From the NCBI GenBank assembly GCA_964450715.1, contig CAYVFC010000003.1, positions 5,407 to 69,406 on the forward strand: a DNA stretch of 64,000 nucleotides. Reading direction: 5' to 3'. Source of the stretch: an uncultured Sandaracinaceae bacterium (lineage in GTDB: Bacteria > Myxococcota_A > Polyangia > Polyangiales > JAFGIB01). The position numbers and the translations under genes are program-made. Under the pieces are notes generated by a model. The model ran no database searches. It worked only from the letters and a program-made list of their open reading frames with translations, and was not told the origin of the DNA. Shown piece by piece: positions 25,024-33,814 of the stretch. Position 1 is the stretch's first letter; each line of letters opens with the position of its first letter.

Positions 25024-25278
25024 CTACCCCGCCTCGATCACGAAAAGCAGATCGCCGTCCCCAACCGTGGCCTCGTTCTCCGCGGCGATCTCGACGACCG
25101 TACCGTTCGCCGGGGACTTGATCTTCTGGAAGACCTTCATGGTCTCCATCAGGCCCAACGTCTGCTTCTTCTTCACCGCATCGCCCTTCTCCACGAAGGG
25201 CGGCTGGTCGGGCGCGGGCCTGCGGTAGAACACACCTGACATCTTGGCTCTTACCTCCACCAGCTTCTTATCCGTCAT
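25024..25278 (-). CDS. Biotin carboxyl carrier protein (short biotinyl-domain form)
   Basis: This is the last 84 codons of ORF 25024..25842, MTDKKLVEV...LGLMETMKVF...VVEI (the E-x-MK biotinyl-lysine motif). GAGGAAAGGA lies upstream of ATG 25278. The stop abuts the accC start. Confidence 0.8.
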   Translation of the reverse strand: MTDKKLVEVRAKMSGVFYRRPAPDQPPFVEKGDAVKKKQTLGLMETMKVFQKIKSPANGTVVEIAAENEATVGDGDLLFVIEAG

Positions 25279-25301
25279 CGCTTGTCGTCCTTTCCTCGAT
25301 C

Positions 25302-26858
25302 TCAGGTGGGCGGCGTCCCGTGCATCTTCGCCCTTCTGGGAGCGGTTACCGTTTTGTTGCGGGTGATTTCCAACGCCTCGATGAGCTTTATCCTGGTATC
25401 CGCGGGTTCGATGATCTCGTCCACCACCCGCGCGGTGTAACCCCGGGCCACGTCGAAAACGTCGACCTTCTCCCGGGATCGGCCCAGGTACCCCTGGTAG
25501 GCGTCCGGCTCGATCCCCTTGCCGTAAACGGTCCGGTAGTCGAGCTCGGAGGCCTCCACCGCGAAACGGGCCGCGGGCCAGGCGTAGCAGAGGTCCACCC
25601 CGGTCGAGCCGGCCATGCCCATGATCATACCGCCGGCGTCCGAGTAGCACTCCCGGAGGACCACGCTTATCTTGGGTATGCTGGCCGTGAGATAAACGTC
25701 CAGTATCTTGCCGAAGTGGCGTAACAAACCGCGGGCCTCCTGCTGTTCGCCCGGCACCCGCGCCGGGGTGTCCACTAAATTGATGAGCGGGATGTTGTAG
25801 GCATCCAGTACCTGCAGGAAGCGATAGTACTTGTCGCAGCAATTGATCTCCATGATGCTGCCCGGCCCGGCCGGGTTGCAGGCGGCGATGCCTACCGATT
25901 CGCCGTTCAGCCGGGCGAAGCAGGTGATGAGGTCAGCGGCATAGCCCGGTTTGATCTCGTAGATCTCGCCGCCGTCCACCAGCTTCTCGATCACCCGGTG
26001 CATGTCGTAGCTCTGTCCGTAGTCGACCGGGACGATGTCGCCCAGCTCCTCCACCCGGCGGGTGGGTTTGTCGCCCATATCCCGGCGGGGCGGCCGCTCC
26101 TTGAAGCTCGAGGGAAGATAGGCGAGCAGCTTCCGCGTTTGCCGGATGGTCTGTTCGTCGTCATCGCCCACCACGTCGCAGGTGCCACTGTGCACCATGT
26201 GGTAGTCGGCATTGCCGACGCTCTGGTCTATCTTCTCGGCGGTGACCGCCGCCGCCTGCCGCGGCCCGGCCAGCCAGAGGTTGGCGGTCTTGCGGCTCAT
26301 CAAGAGGAAATCGCAGAGCGTGGGCGCGTAGGCCTGACCGGCGATGCAGGGCCCCATCAGCACGTTGATCTGGGGAACGATGCCGGAGCAGCGGGATATG
26401 GTGTAGAAGTACCAGTCGATTCCGGCCATGATCACGTCCACGTAGCCCAGCCGGCCGCCGGAGGAGTCGAGCAGCCAGACCATGGGGAATCCGTTGCGGG
26501 CGGCCATGCTGATCAGCTCCGCGCACTTCTGGATGTGCTGCATGCCGAGCGAGCCGCCCAGCACGGTGAAGTCGCTGGCGTACACGGCGATGGTCCGTCC
26601 CTCTACCTTGCCCGTACCGATCACCGCCCCGTCGCAGGGCGCCTCGGTCTTTCTGCCGTCCATGCGCACGCTGGTGGCGTTCGCGCAGGAGCCGATCTCG
26701 ACGAAGGTTCCCGGATCGAGCAACACCTCGATCCGCTCCCTGGCCGTGAGCTTGCCGCGCCCGTGCTGCCGCTCGATGTGCTTCTGCCCCCCGCCCAGCA
26801 GGTTGTCCTGCTGGATCTGGCGCAGCCTGGCGATACCCTCCTGTAACCTGTCCGACAT
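25302..26858 (-). CDS. Acyl-CoA carboxylase carboxyltransferase subunit (PccB/MccB family), copy 1
   Basis: ORF track, 518 aa. Motifs are GKLTARERIEVLLDPGTF and DFTVLGGSLG, in a two-lobed CT architecture. Confidence 0.9.
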   Translation of the reverse strand: MSDRLQEGIARLRQIQQDNLLGGGQKHIERQHGRGKLTARERIEVLLDPGTFVEIGSCANATSVRMDGRKTEAPCDGAVIGTGKVEGRTIAVYASDFTVLGGSLGMQHIQKCAELISMAARNGFPMVWLLDSSGGRLGYVDVIMAGIDWYFYTISRCSGIVPQINVLMGPCIAGQAYAPTLCDFLLMSRKTANLWLAGPRQAAAVTAEKIDQSVGNADYHMVHSGTCDVVGDDDEQTIRQTRKLLAYLPSSFKERPPRRDMGDKPTRRVEELGDIVPVDYGQSYDMHRVIEKLVDGGEIYEIKPGYAADLITCFARLNGESVGIAACNPAGPGSIMEINCCDKYYRFLQVLDAYNIPLINLVDTPARVPGEQQEARGLLRHFGKILDVYLTASIPKISVVLRECYSDAGGMIMGMAGSTGVDLCYAWPAARFAVEASELDYRTVYGKGIEPDAYQGYLGRSREKVDVFDVARGYTARVVDEIIEPADTRIKLIEALEITRNKTVTAPRRAKMHGTPPT

Positions 26859-26880
26859 GGTCTCTCCTCTTTCTTCGCCG

Positions 26881-28431
26881 TCAAGCCGGTTTGACGTAAC
26901 GCCGCTTTTCGGGGATCTCTTCCTGCTTGTCCTCTGTAGCCTGCAAGGCCTTGATGATCCGCGGGCGGGTCTCTCGCGGATCGATGGCCTCGTGCAGCAT
27001 GTAATAAGAGGTCCAGCTCTTGGATAGGTTGAGCACGTTCATCTGCTCGCGGATCACGCTCACCATGGAGTCGTACAGCTGCTGGTATTGGCCCTCTTCC
27101 CGGGCCTTCTCCAGCTCCTTGTGGAAGATGGCCTGCACGATCGACTCGGGGCCGGTGGGGGCGAACTCGCCGCAGGGCCAGCCCAGCACGATGTCGGGGT
27201 TCATCTGCGCGCAGCCCATCACGATGTTGGTACCCCCGTAGGCGCGCCTGAGCACCACCGTGATCTTCTGGGTGGTCAGATGCGCGTAGGAGAGCAGGTT
27301 CTTGGCCCCGTGACGGATGATGCCCAGCCGCTCCCACTTGTCCCCGGGCACGTAGGCGGTGGAGTCGACCAGGGTCAGCAGCGGGATGTTGAAGGCGTCC
27401 AGGAAATTGATGAAGCGGTCGTACTTGTCCGCCGAATCGATCTCGAACACCCCGCTCATCTCGTCCGGGTTGTTGGCCGCGATGCCCACTACCCGGCCCT
27501 CGAAGCGGGCGAAGCCGGTCACCAGGTGGGTGGCGTAATCGGGCTTGAGCTCGAACAGCTCGCCGTCGTCCGCGATCTTCTCGATGATCTCGTGGATGTC
27601 ATAGGTGTGCCTGGGGTCATCCGGCATTACATCGAGGATGTTCTCGTCTTTCCGGGCCGGGTCGTCGCCGCTTTGGACGCGGGCCGGACGCTCGAAGCAG
27701 CTCTGCGGCAGAAAGCCGAGCAGCTGCTTGACCAGGTCGATCGCCTCCGGGTCGCTGTCGGCCACCAGGTCGCACTGCCCCGCTCTCTCCATGTGGAAGT
27801 CCGCCCGCCCGGCCTCTTCCGACTCGAGCGGCCCCCCGAGCCAGAGAAAGCCCGTGCTGCGGTTGATGATGAGAAAGTCGGCCAGCGCGGCAACCGCGGC
27901 CTGCGTACCGGTGCAGGGGCCCAAGAGCAGCATGATCCGGGGAATGATGCCGGAATAGAGGCTGAGGTTTCTCAGCAGCTTGCCCAGACCGTTCAGCCCG
28001 CAGTTGCCGTCCCTGAGGCTCAGACGTTCCCCGGCCGAGTCGAGCATGCCCACCAGCGGCATCCGTCGCTTGCCGGCCATCTCCACCAGGTCCGCCAGCT
28101 TCCAGGCAGCCTGGTCCCCCAGCGAGCCCGACATAACGGTGAAATCCATGCTGAAGAGCATGATCGGCCGTCCCTTCACCCGGCCGGAGCCCATCACGAT
28201 GCCCTCGCCGGGTGAGGGCCTGAGCTTGCCGTCGAAGGGCTGCCGCGCGTCGCGCACCAGCGAGCCGATCTCGTCGAAGCTGTCCGCATCGAGCAGCTTT
28301 TCGATCCGTTCGCGGGCGGTGAGCTTGCCCAGCGCGTGCTGCTCGTCGATGCGCTGCTGGCCACCCCCGTAGAGGTTCTCCAGCCGGTTCATCTCGAGCC
28401 GCTGGATATATCCTTCAATCCATTTACCCAT
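26881..28431 (-). CDS. Acyl-CoA carboxylase carboxyltransferase subunit (PccB/MccB family), copy 2
   Basis: ORF 26881..28491, with start MGKWIEGYIQ at 28431 preceded by GGAGGAGGA. Motifs are GKLTARERIEKLLD and DFTVMSGSLG. Confidence 0.9.
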   Translation of the reverse strand: MGKWIEGYIQRLEMNRLENLYGGGQQRIDEQHALGKLTARERIEKLLDADSFDEIGSLVRDARQPFDGKLRPSPGEGIVMGSGRVKGRPIMLFSMDFTVMSGSLGDQAAWKLADLVEMAGKRRMPLVGMLDSAGERLSLRDGNCGLNGLGKLLRNLSLYSGIIPRIMLLLGPCTGTQAAVAALADFLIINRSTGFLWLGGPLESEEAGRADFHMERAGQCDLVADSDPEAIDLVKQLLGFLPQSCFERPARVQSGDDPARKDENILDVMPDDPRHTYDIHEIIEKIADDGELFELKPDYATHLVTGFARFEGRVVGIAANNPDEMSGVFEIDSADKYDRFINFLDAFNIPLLTLVDSTAYVPGDKWERLGIIRHGAKNLLSYAHLTTQKITVVLRRAYGGTNIVMGCAQMNPDIVLGWPCGEFAPTGPESIVQAIFHKELEKAREEGQYQQLYDSMVSVIREQMNVLNLSKSWTSYYMLHEAIDPRETRPRIIKALQATEDKQEEIPEKRRYVKPA

Positions 28432-29044
28432 GCTTCCTCCTCCTACCGCCCGCGGCCGCCTTTTTGCCGGGCATCTCCTGCAGGGCCGCATCGATGAACG
28501 CGTCCGCCGACTCGGAGAGCGTATCGACGATCGACTCCCGGCTCATCTTACCCGCCAGGTCGAAGCAGGCCAGAGTGGCCAGCCCCTGGGCGAAGATCCA
28601 CATTTGCAGCACCAGCGCCTCGACCTGGCGCGGCGACAGCCCGGCCAGCCTCGGATCGCGCGCCACGCTCTTCTGGAAGGCCGCCTGCTGGGTGCGGGCG
28701 ATGTCCCGGATCTCGTCCTTCTCGAAGAACATCGATCGCAAAAAGAGCTCCCGCTGCTCGCGGGCGAAGAGCACCGTGCCCACGCCCATGTTGAGCAGCG
28801 GCTGGTCGGTGTACGACCTGGATATGTACTCGACGTACAGCGCCCTGGCGTTCTTGACCACCTCGCGGCTGAGCTCCGCCATGGAGTCGAAGTAGCTGTA
28901 GACCGGAGCGGTAGAGGCGCCCAGCCGCTCGGCCACCCGGCGGGCGGTGAGCACCTTCAGCCCCTGGTCGATGCCCACCTGTTGCACCACCTCGAAGGCG
29001 GCCCGGACCACGTCATCCCTGCTGAACTGCTTTTTTGGCGGCAC
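28424..29044 (-). CDS. TetR/AcrR family transcriptional regulator
   Basis: ORF track, 206 aa, GTG start. The HTH is LTARRVAERLGASTAPVYSYFDS. It overlaps the next gene by 8 nt and is the first gene of the operon. Confidence 0.9.
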   Translation of the reverse strand: MPPKKQFSRDDVVRAAFEVVQQVGIDQGLKVLTARRVAERLGASTAPVYSYFDSMAELSREVVKNARALYVEYISRSYTDQPLLNMGVGTVLFAREQRELFLRSMFFEKDEIRDIARTQQAAFQKSVARDPRLAGLSPRQVEALVLQMWIFAQGLATLACFDLAGKMSRESIVDTLSESADAFIDAALQEMPGKKAAAGGRRRKHG

Positions 29045-29093
29045 CGCGGTCGACCCCTTATGGTAACGCTTGTTCTGTAACAGACGTTAGATA

Positions 29094-29115
29094 ACACTTG
29101 TAATATAACAGGTGT
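29094..29115. promoter_or_regulatory. Candidate TetR operator palindrome in a divergent promoter region
   Basis: ACACTTGTaatataACAGGTGT has 7/8 inverted arms. It sits in a locally AT-rich 150-bp gap between the TetR and NMO genes. CTGTAACAG / CTGTCAACAG motifs lie nearby. Confidence 0.35.
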
Positions 29116-29193
29116 CATGTTACTGTCAACAGAGATAGGCCGCCTCCGGGGTAGAATGGCGGAAACCAGGCAGACGAGCGGGAGAACCAGGCC

Positions 29194-30351
29194 ATGAAGA
29201 AAGGTAGAGTCCTCAGGACCAGGCTGTGCGAAATGCTGGGCATCGAGTACCCCATCCTCAGCGCCGGGATGGGGCCGAGCCTCATCGGGGAGAAGACCGG
29301 CGCGCCGGTGGAGCTGGTGGCGGCGGTCTCCGAGGCGGGCGGGCTCGGGGTGCTGGGCGCGGCCGGCTTCACGGTCGAGGAGCTGCGCGAGCAGATCCGG
29401 GAGGTCAAGAAGCTAACCGGGCGCCCCTTTGGCGTGGATCTGCTCCTGCCGCGGCAGATCGTGGACGCGGGCGACGCCCAGGTCGAGGGTGACGGCGAGC
29501 TGTTGCTGAGCGAGGTCATCAAGAGCCTGCCCGCCGAGCACCTGCAATGGATGATGAAGATTAAAGAGGAGATGGGCCTACCCGACGTCGAGGCCCGGAT
29601 CAGGATGGGCAGCACGGTCAACCGGCCCCACGCCTCGGTTCGGGTCTGCATCGAAGAGAAGGTGCCGCTGTTCTGCGCGGGGCTGGGTAATCCCGGTTTC
29701 ATGGTGGCCGACGCGCACAGGGCGGGCATGAAGGTGCTGGGCATCGCCGGCAACGTCAAGAACGCCGTGCGCATCGCCCGCTCGGGAGCGGACCTGGTGG
29801 TGGCGCAGGGCCACGAGGGGGGAGGGCATACCGGGCGGGTGGGATCGCTGGCCCTGTGGCCGCAGGCGGTCGACGCCGCCTATCCCACGCCAGTGCTGGC
29901 CGCGGGCGGCATCGGCGACGGCCGGGGGGTAGTGGCCGCGCTCTCGCTCGGTTGCATCGGCGTCTGGGTGGGCACCCGCTTTCTGGCCACGGTCGAGGGC
30001 GGCGCCACCGAGGTGCAGAAGCAGGCCATCCTGCAGGCCACGGACGAGGACACCCGGCGGACCTATCTGTACACGGGCAAGACCTCGCGGGCTACCTTCA
30101 ACAGGTTCCACGTCATCTGGGAGGAATCGGGCCTTCAGCCTCTGCCCTTCCCCATCCAGGTGATCTTCGCCTCTGCCATGGCCGAGATGTTCGACCGTGC
30201 CGAGAAGAAGGAGTTCATCGGCCCCTTTGCCGGCCAGGTCTGCGGGCTCATCGACGAGATCAAGCCCGCCGCCCAGGTTCTGCAGGACATGGTCGACGAG
30301 GCGGTCGACATCCTCGGCCGCCGGCTCCCGCAAGAGGTGACCATTTCCTGA
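29194..30351 (+). CDS. Nitronate monooxygenase / 2-nitropropane dioxygenase family (FMN TIM barrel)
   Basis: ORF track, 385 aa. Motifs are LGIEYPILSAGMG and VVAQGHEGGGHTG. Confidence 0.85.
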   Translation: MKKGRVLRTRLCEMLGIEYPILSAGMGPSLIGEKTGAPVELVAAVSEAGGLGVLGAAGFTVEELREQIREVKKLTGRPFGVDLLLPRQIVDAGDAQVEGDGELLLSEVIKSLPAEHLQWMMKIKEEMGLPDVEARIRMGSTVNRPHASVRVCIEEKVPLFCAGLGNPGFMVADAHRAGMKVLGIAGNVKNAVRIARSGADLVVAQGHEGGGHTGRVGSLALWPQAVDAAYPTPVLAAGGIGDGRGVVAALSLGCIGVWVGTRFLATVEGGATEVQKQAILQATDEDTRRTYLYTGKTSRATFNRFHVIWEESGLQPLPFPIQVIFASAMAEMFDRAEKKEFIGPFAGQVCGLIDEIKPAAQVLQDMVDEAVDILGRRLPQEVTIS

Positions 30352-30749
30352 TCGGTGTGGAGGGTCAACAGACCGGCCAGGATATCGCGTTCCGATTCGT
30401 CCTCCCGCGCGAGTATTTCCTCTCGCCTGCTCGTCGTAGGCGTCGCTCGGGTGGTAGAGCTTGACCGACCGGTAGCCGTGCAGGCTGACGCACCTCTGCA
30501 GTAGCCGCTACATCTGCTCAGCATTGCGCATGGTGTCTCCCTCCCGCCAGACGGTAAACGCATGCGGAAACCGTGAGGGTAGTCGTTCGGAGTTTTTCCC
30601 GTCAAGTCAGCGCCGCGACTTACGGACCGGTCGGCGAAGGGAGCAAGAGGTGAACGAATCGTGAGCCTGCTGAACTCTGTCCGGACACTGTATAACGATA
30701 GGGCCGTTCTTTCGGCAACCGCTCGCTTCCCAAGAGGAGGTTCGTCGAC

Positions 30750-33059
30750 GTGAAGGTGAAGGGAACGCTTCTACTCTTGGTTGTCGCGGCCGGGACTTGG
30801 CCCCGGTCCGCGCTCGCGCAGGACGCGATCACCGGGGAGTCGATCGAGGTGCACGCCACCTTTTTCAACGTGGGGGTGATGGTCGCGGTTTCCGGCGATG
30901 ACAACGGAAACGCCAGCGCCAGTTTGGAGGTCGAGGTGAACGGTAGCGGGTTTCGACCCGCGCACCGTCTTTCGCGCACGGGCGCGGACCGCTTCGTGGG
31001 AAGCGCCTTTTTCCTGCCCGAGGGGACCGGCTTCGGCGTTCGCGTCACCCTTTCCGATCCGGACGGCACGACGAACGAGGTGTTGACCGCGTCGGGAACG
31101 CTACGACGGCTCGAGATCCCGGAAGCGGATGGCGATACCATCCACGTTTCTCCCATCGGCGACGACGAGGGTAACGACGGGTCGGAGTCGTCTCCCTTTG
31201 CCACGGTGAGCCGTGGCGTCGAAGCGGCCGAGCCCGGAGACACGGTGCTGATACACGCGGGGACCTATCACGAGGAGGTATATCTCCCCCGCGGTGGAAC
31301 CGTACAGGCGCCCATCGCCATCCGCTCGGCCGGCGACGGGCCAGCGGTTCTCGATGGCGCCGCCCCGGATCTCAAGGACGCGGGGGCCTGGACCGATGAA
31401 GGGGGCGGCGTCTACAGCGCGGCCGTGGCCGGGACGCGCTACGTGGCCGTGAACGGGGTGCGGCTCTGGCGCTACGAGAGCCTCGCTGATTTGCAGAATT
31501 TATCCGAGGGCATGGACGGAGGATTCTTCTTCCAGGGGGGGCGGGTGTACGTCCGGCTGTCCGGAGACGCCGCCCCGCAGGGCAAGGAGATCCAGGTGTC
31601 GACCCTGGGGCGCGCTTTCTGGCTGGAAGCCACGCCGTACCTGGTCATCCGGGGGCTGACCATCCGCTGCTACGGGAGCGAGCAGTACTCGCAAGGGATC
31701 ATGGTGCGCGACGGCTCGCACGGCGTGTGGATCGCGGAGAATAGCTTCGAGAACGTCATGCCCGGCATCTGGGTCAAGAACGAGGTCGACGACCTGACCG
31801 TCATCGATAACGAGTTCTCGGACCGGGGGCTCGGCGAGTTCCCCTGGGCCGCGGTCAAGGCCCAGGGCGGCATGGAGAGCGGCGCTATAGGCGTGGATAA
31901 CCAGTACCAGGGCCAGGGTATCGTCTTCTACCGCAACCGGGTGCACGATTCGTTCGACGGGCTGGGTATCTGCGGCGATCAGGTCATGGCCCGTCCCAAC
32001 AACGCCGACGTCATGGGCAATACCCTCTATCACTTGGGCGACGACGGCATCGAGACCGACGGCGAGTGCGTGAACGTGCGCATTCTCATGAACCGCTTCG
32101 AGGACACGCTGGTAGGCGTATCGGCGGCGCCCGCCGTGGGAGGTCCCACCTATGTCATCCGCAACCTGATGGTGGACCTCAAGAACGTCGCCGCGGGCTC
32201 GGACTGGATGACCCGCGCCTTGAAGTTCAACGTGGGCGATCCGCGCACCTCGGGTGAGGTCTTCGCCTACCACAACACGGCGGTTACCTACGAGGCCGGA
32301 CAGGCGTCCTTCGCGGTCACCGACGACTCCAGATGGAGCGCGCTTCACCTGGCCAACAACATCTGGGTCGGCACGGACTACGGCTTTACCTACACCAATA
32401 CCGGCGACGAGCCGTTGACGCAGCGCAACGATCTCATCTTCTCCACCGGAACTCGTTGGGTCAGCTTCCAGGCAGAGCGCTACGGTACGGTCGACGAGTA
32501 TTTTGCGGCCACCGGCCTCTGCGACGCTTGCCTGGCGCTCGACCCGGCGTTCACCGACGGCCCGGGCGGGGACTATACGCTTACCGCGTCGAGCCCCGCG
32601 GTAGACAGAGGGCTGGTGATAAACGGTGTCAACGACGACTTCGCGGGTGACGCGCCCGACCTGGGCGCTCACGAGCTGGGCGGGCCTGAGCCCGGGTTTA
32701 TCGATGCCGGTGTGGCCGGCAACGGGGCCGGCGGTTCGAGCGGCGAAGGAGGAATCGGAGGCGGATCCGGCTCTGCTGGCGCGGATTCGGTCGCCGGTAC
32801 CGGCGGGGAGACCGGTGGCGGCGCGGGAGCGGGCGGAAGCGCCGCCGGTGACGCGGGCGGCCTGGTGACCGGCGAGGACGGCGGCCCGCTCTCCCCCGGC
32901 GCCAGCGTCGAATCGTCAGCAGGCGGCGATAGCGCGACCTCGGGTTGCGGTTGCCGACTGGCGGCGATGGGGAACCAGCGGCGCGAGGCCTTGCTGCCGT
33001 TTTTTCTTGTTTTGATGTTCGTATCGATTTTCTACCGGCGCCGGCATCGAACCCCGTAG
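30750..33059 (+). CDS. Secreted right-handed beta-helix protein with a Gly-rich spacer and a MYXO-CTERM-type sorting tail
   Basis: ORF track, 769 aa. The GTG start follows AAGAGGAGG. The signal peptide is LLLLVVAAGTWPRSALAQ. Parallel beta-helix repeat patterns are present. The tail is SGCGCRLAA...LLPFFLVLMFVSIFYRRRHR. Confidence 0.8.
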   Translation: MKVKGTLLLLVVAAGTWPRSALAQDAITGESIEVHATFFNVGVMVAVSGDDNGNASASLEVEVNGSGFRPAHRLSRTGADRFVGSAFFLPEGTGFGVRVTLSDPDGTTNEVLTASGTLRRLEIPEADGDTIHVSPIGDDEGNDGSESSPFATVSRGVEAAEPGDTVLIHAGTYHEEVYLPRGGTVQAPIAIRSAGDGPAVLDGAAPDLKDAGAWTDEGGGVYSAAVAGTRYVAVNGVRLWRYESLADLQNLSEGMDGGFFFQGGRVYVRLSGDAAPQGKEIQVSTLGRAFWLEATPYLVIRGLTIRCYGSEQYSQGIMVRDGSHGVWIAENSFENVMPGIWVKNEVDDLTVIDNEFSDRGLGEFPWAAVKAQGGMESGAIGVDNQYQGQGIVFYRNRVHDSFDGLGICGDQVMARPNNADVMGNTLYHLGDDGIETDGECVNVRILMNRFEDTLVGVSAAPAVGGPTYVIRNLMVDLKNVAAGSDWMTRALKFNVGDPRTSGEVFAYHNTAVTYEAGQASFAVTDDSRWSALHLANNIWVGTDYGFTYTNTGDEPLTQRNDLIFSTGTRWVSFQAERYGTVDEYFAATGLCDACLALDPAFTDGPGGDYTLTASSPAVDRGLVINGVNDDFAGDAPDLGAHELGGPEPGFIDAGVAGNGAGGSSGEGGIGGGSGSAGADSVAGTGGETGGGAGAGGSAAGDAGGLVTGEDGGPLSPGASVESSAGGDSATSGCGCRLAAMGNQRREALLPFFLVLMFVSIFYRRRHRTP

Positions 33060-33082
33060 GGGAGCGCAAGGCCCGCCCCTAC
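33056..33082. repeat. GTAGGGG...CCCCTAC GC-hairpin repeat (family B), degenerate copy just after a stop codon
   Basis: GTAGGGGAGCGCAAGGCCCGCCCCTAC resembles the reverse complement of the 44267 and 60243 copies. Confidence 0.5.
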
Positions 33083-33162
33083 TTTGCCCGCCCCTCTGTA
33101 GGCCATATTTCCCGACCTCCCCGCGCCCCCACCGAGACGCTAGGAACGAATAGGAAAACAGT

Positions 33163-33198
33163 TGTGTAGAATCATTGGCGCTTGCCCCCTCCCCCGCG
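33163..33198. repeat. TGTGTAGAAT-type terminal motif (family C end)
   Basis: TGTGTAGAATCATTGGCGCTTGCCCCCTCCCC resembles 51569-51604 and the inverted copy at 51124-51156. Confidence 0.5.
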
Positions 33199-33202
33199 TC
33201 GA

Positions 33203-33754
33203 TTACTCGAGCTCGAATCCCTGCCGCTTGAGGTCGAGCTTCTGAAAGGCAACGGCGATCAGCGCGTGGTCGATCTCGCCGCTGGCCAGCATAACGGCAA
33301 TACGTTCCAGGTCATGAAGCTCGACCTCGATATCCTCCCCGGCATCTAGCTGTTGCCCGGAGACCTTCCGGCACCCTTCGGCCAGATAGCAGTACAGGCG
33401 GTTGTTCTGAAAGGCCGGGTTGGGCGAGATGGAGCCGAGAGAGGTCCAGCGTTCCGCCTCGTACCCGGTCTCCTCTTTGAGCTCCCGCCTGGCGGCCTGC
33501 AGCGGCTCTTCGCCCTGGTTCACCATGCCGGCCGGGATTTCCAGGGTGTGCGTTCGCGGGCCGAAGCGGAACTGCCGGATCAACAGCACCTGCCGCTCCG
33601 GCGTCAGCGCGATGACGTTCACCCAGTCGGGCGAGTCCACGACGGTCGCGTCGATCTCCAGGCCGGTGCGGGGCGAAACGAATATCTCGGTGCGCAGATC
33701 GAAGATGCGGGTGCGCTGTATCAGGCTGCCCGATACGTGTTTCCACGGTTTCAT
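33203..33754 (-). CDS. NUDIX hydrolase (ADP-ribose pyrophosphatase-like)
   Basis: ORF track, 183 aa. The Nudix box is GMVNQGEEPLQAARRELKEETGY. Confidence 0.9.
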   Translation of the reverse strand: MKPWKHVSGSLIQRTRIFDLRTEIFVSPRTGLEIDATVVDSPDWVNVIALTPERQVLLIRQFRFGPRTHTLEIPAGMVNQGEEPLQAARRELKEETGYEAERWTSLGSISPNPAFQNNRLYCYLAEGCRKVSGQQLDAGEDIEVELHDLERIAVMLASGEIDHALIAVAFQKLDLKRQGFELE

Positions 33755-33814
33755 TTTTTCGGCTCGGTATCCGACGCGTGCTCCAACCGAACTCGCCGTC
33801 GGGGCGGTCCGGCT

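Noticed and set aside
25279-25842. The upstream 188 codons of ORF 25024..25842
   Set aside because: This part overlaps the carboxyltransferase gene out of frame and is Arg/Gly-rich. Only the last 84 codons, preceded by an RBS, form the biotinyl domain.
30135-30605. 156-aa minus-strand ORF in and beside the NMO gene
   Set aside because: Half of it is antisense to the NMO coding sequence. It has no RBS and its composition is implausible. The region is kept only as unexplained non-coding DNA.
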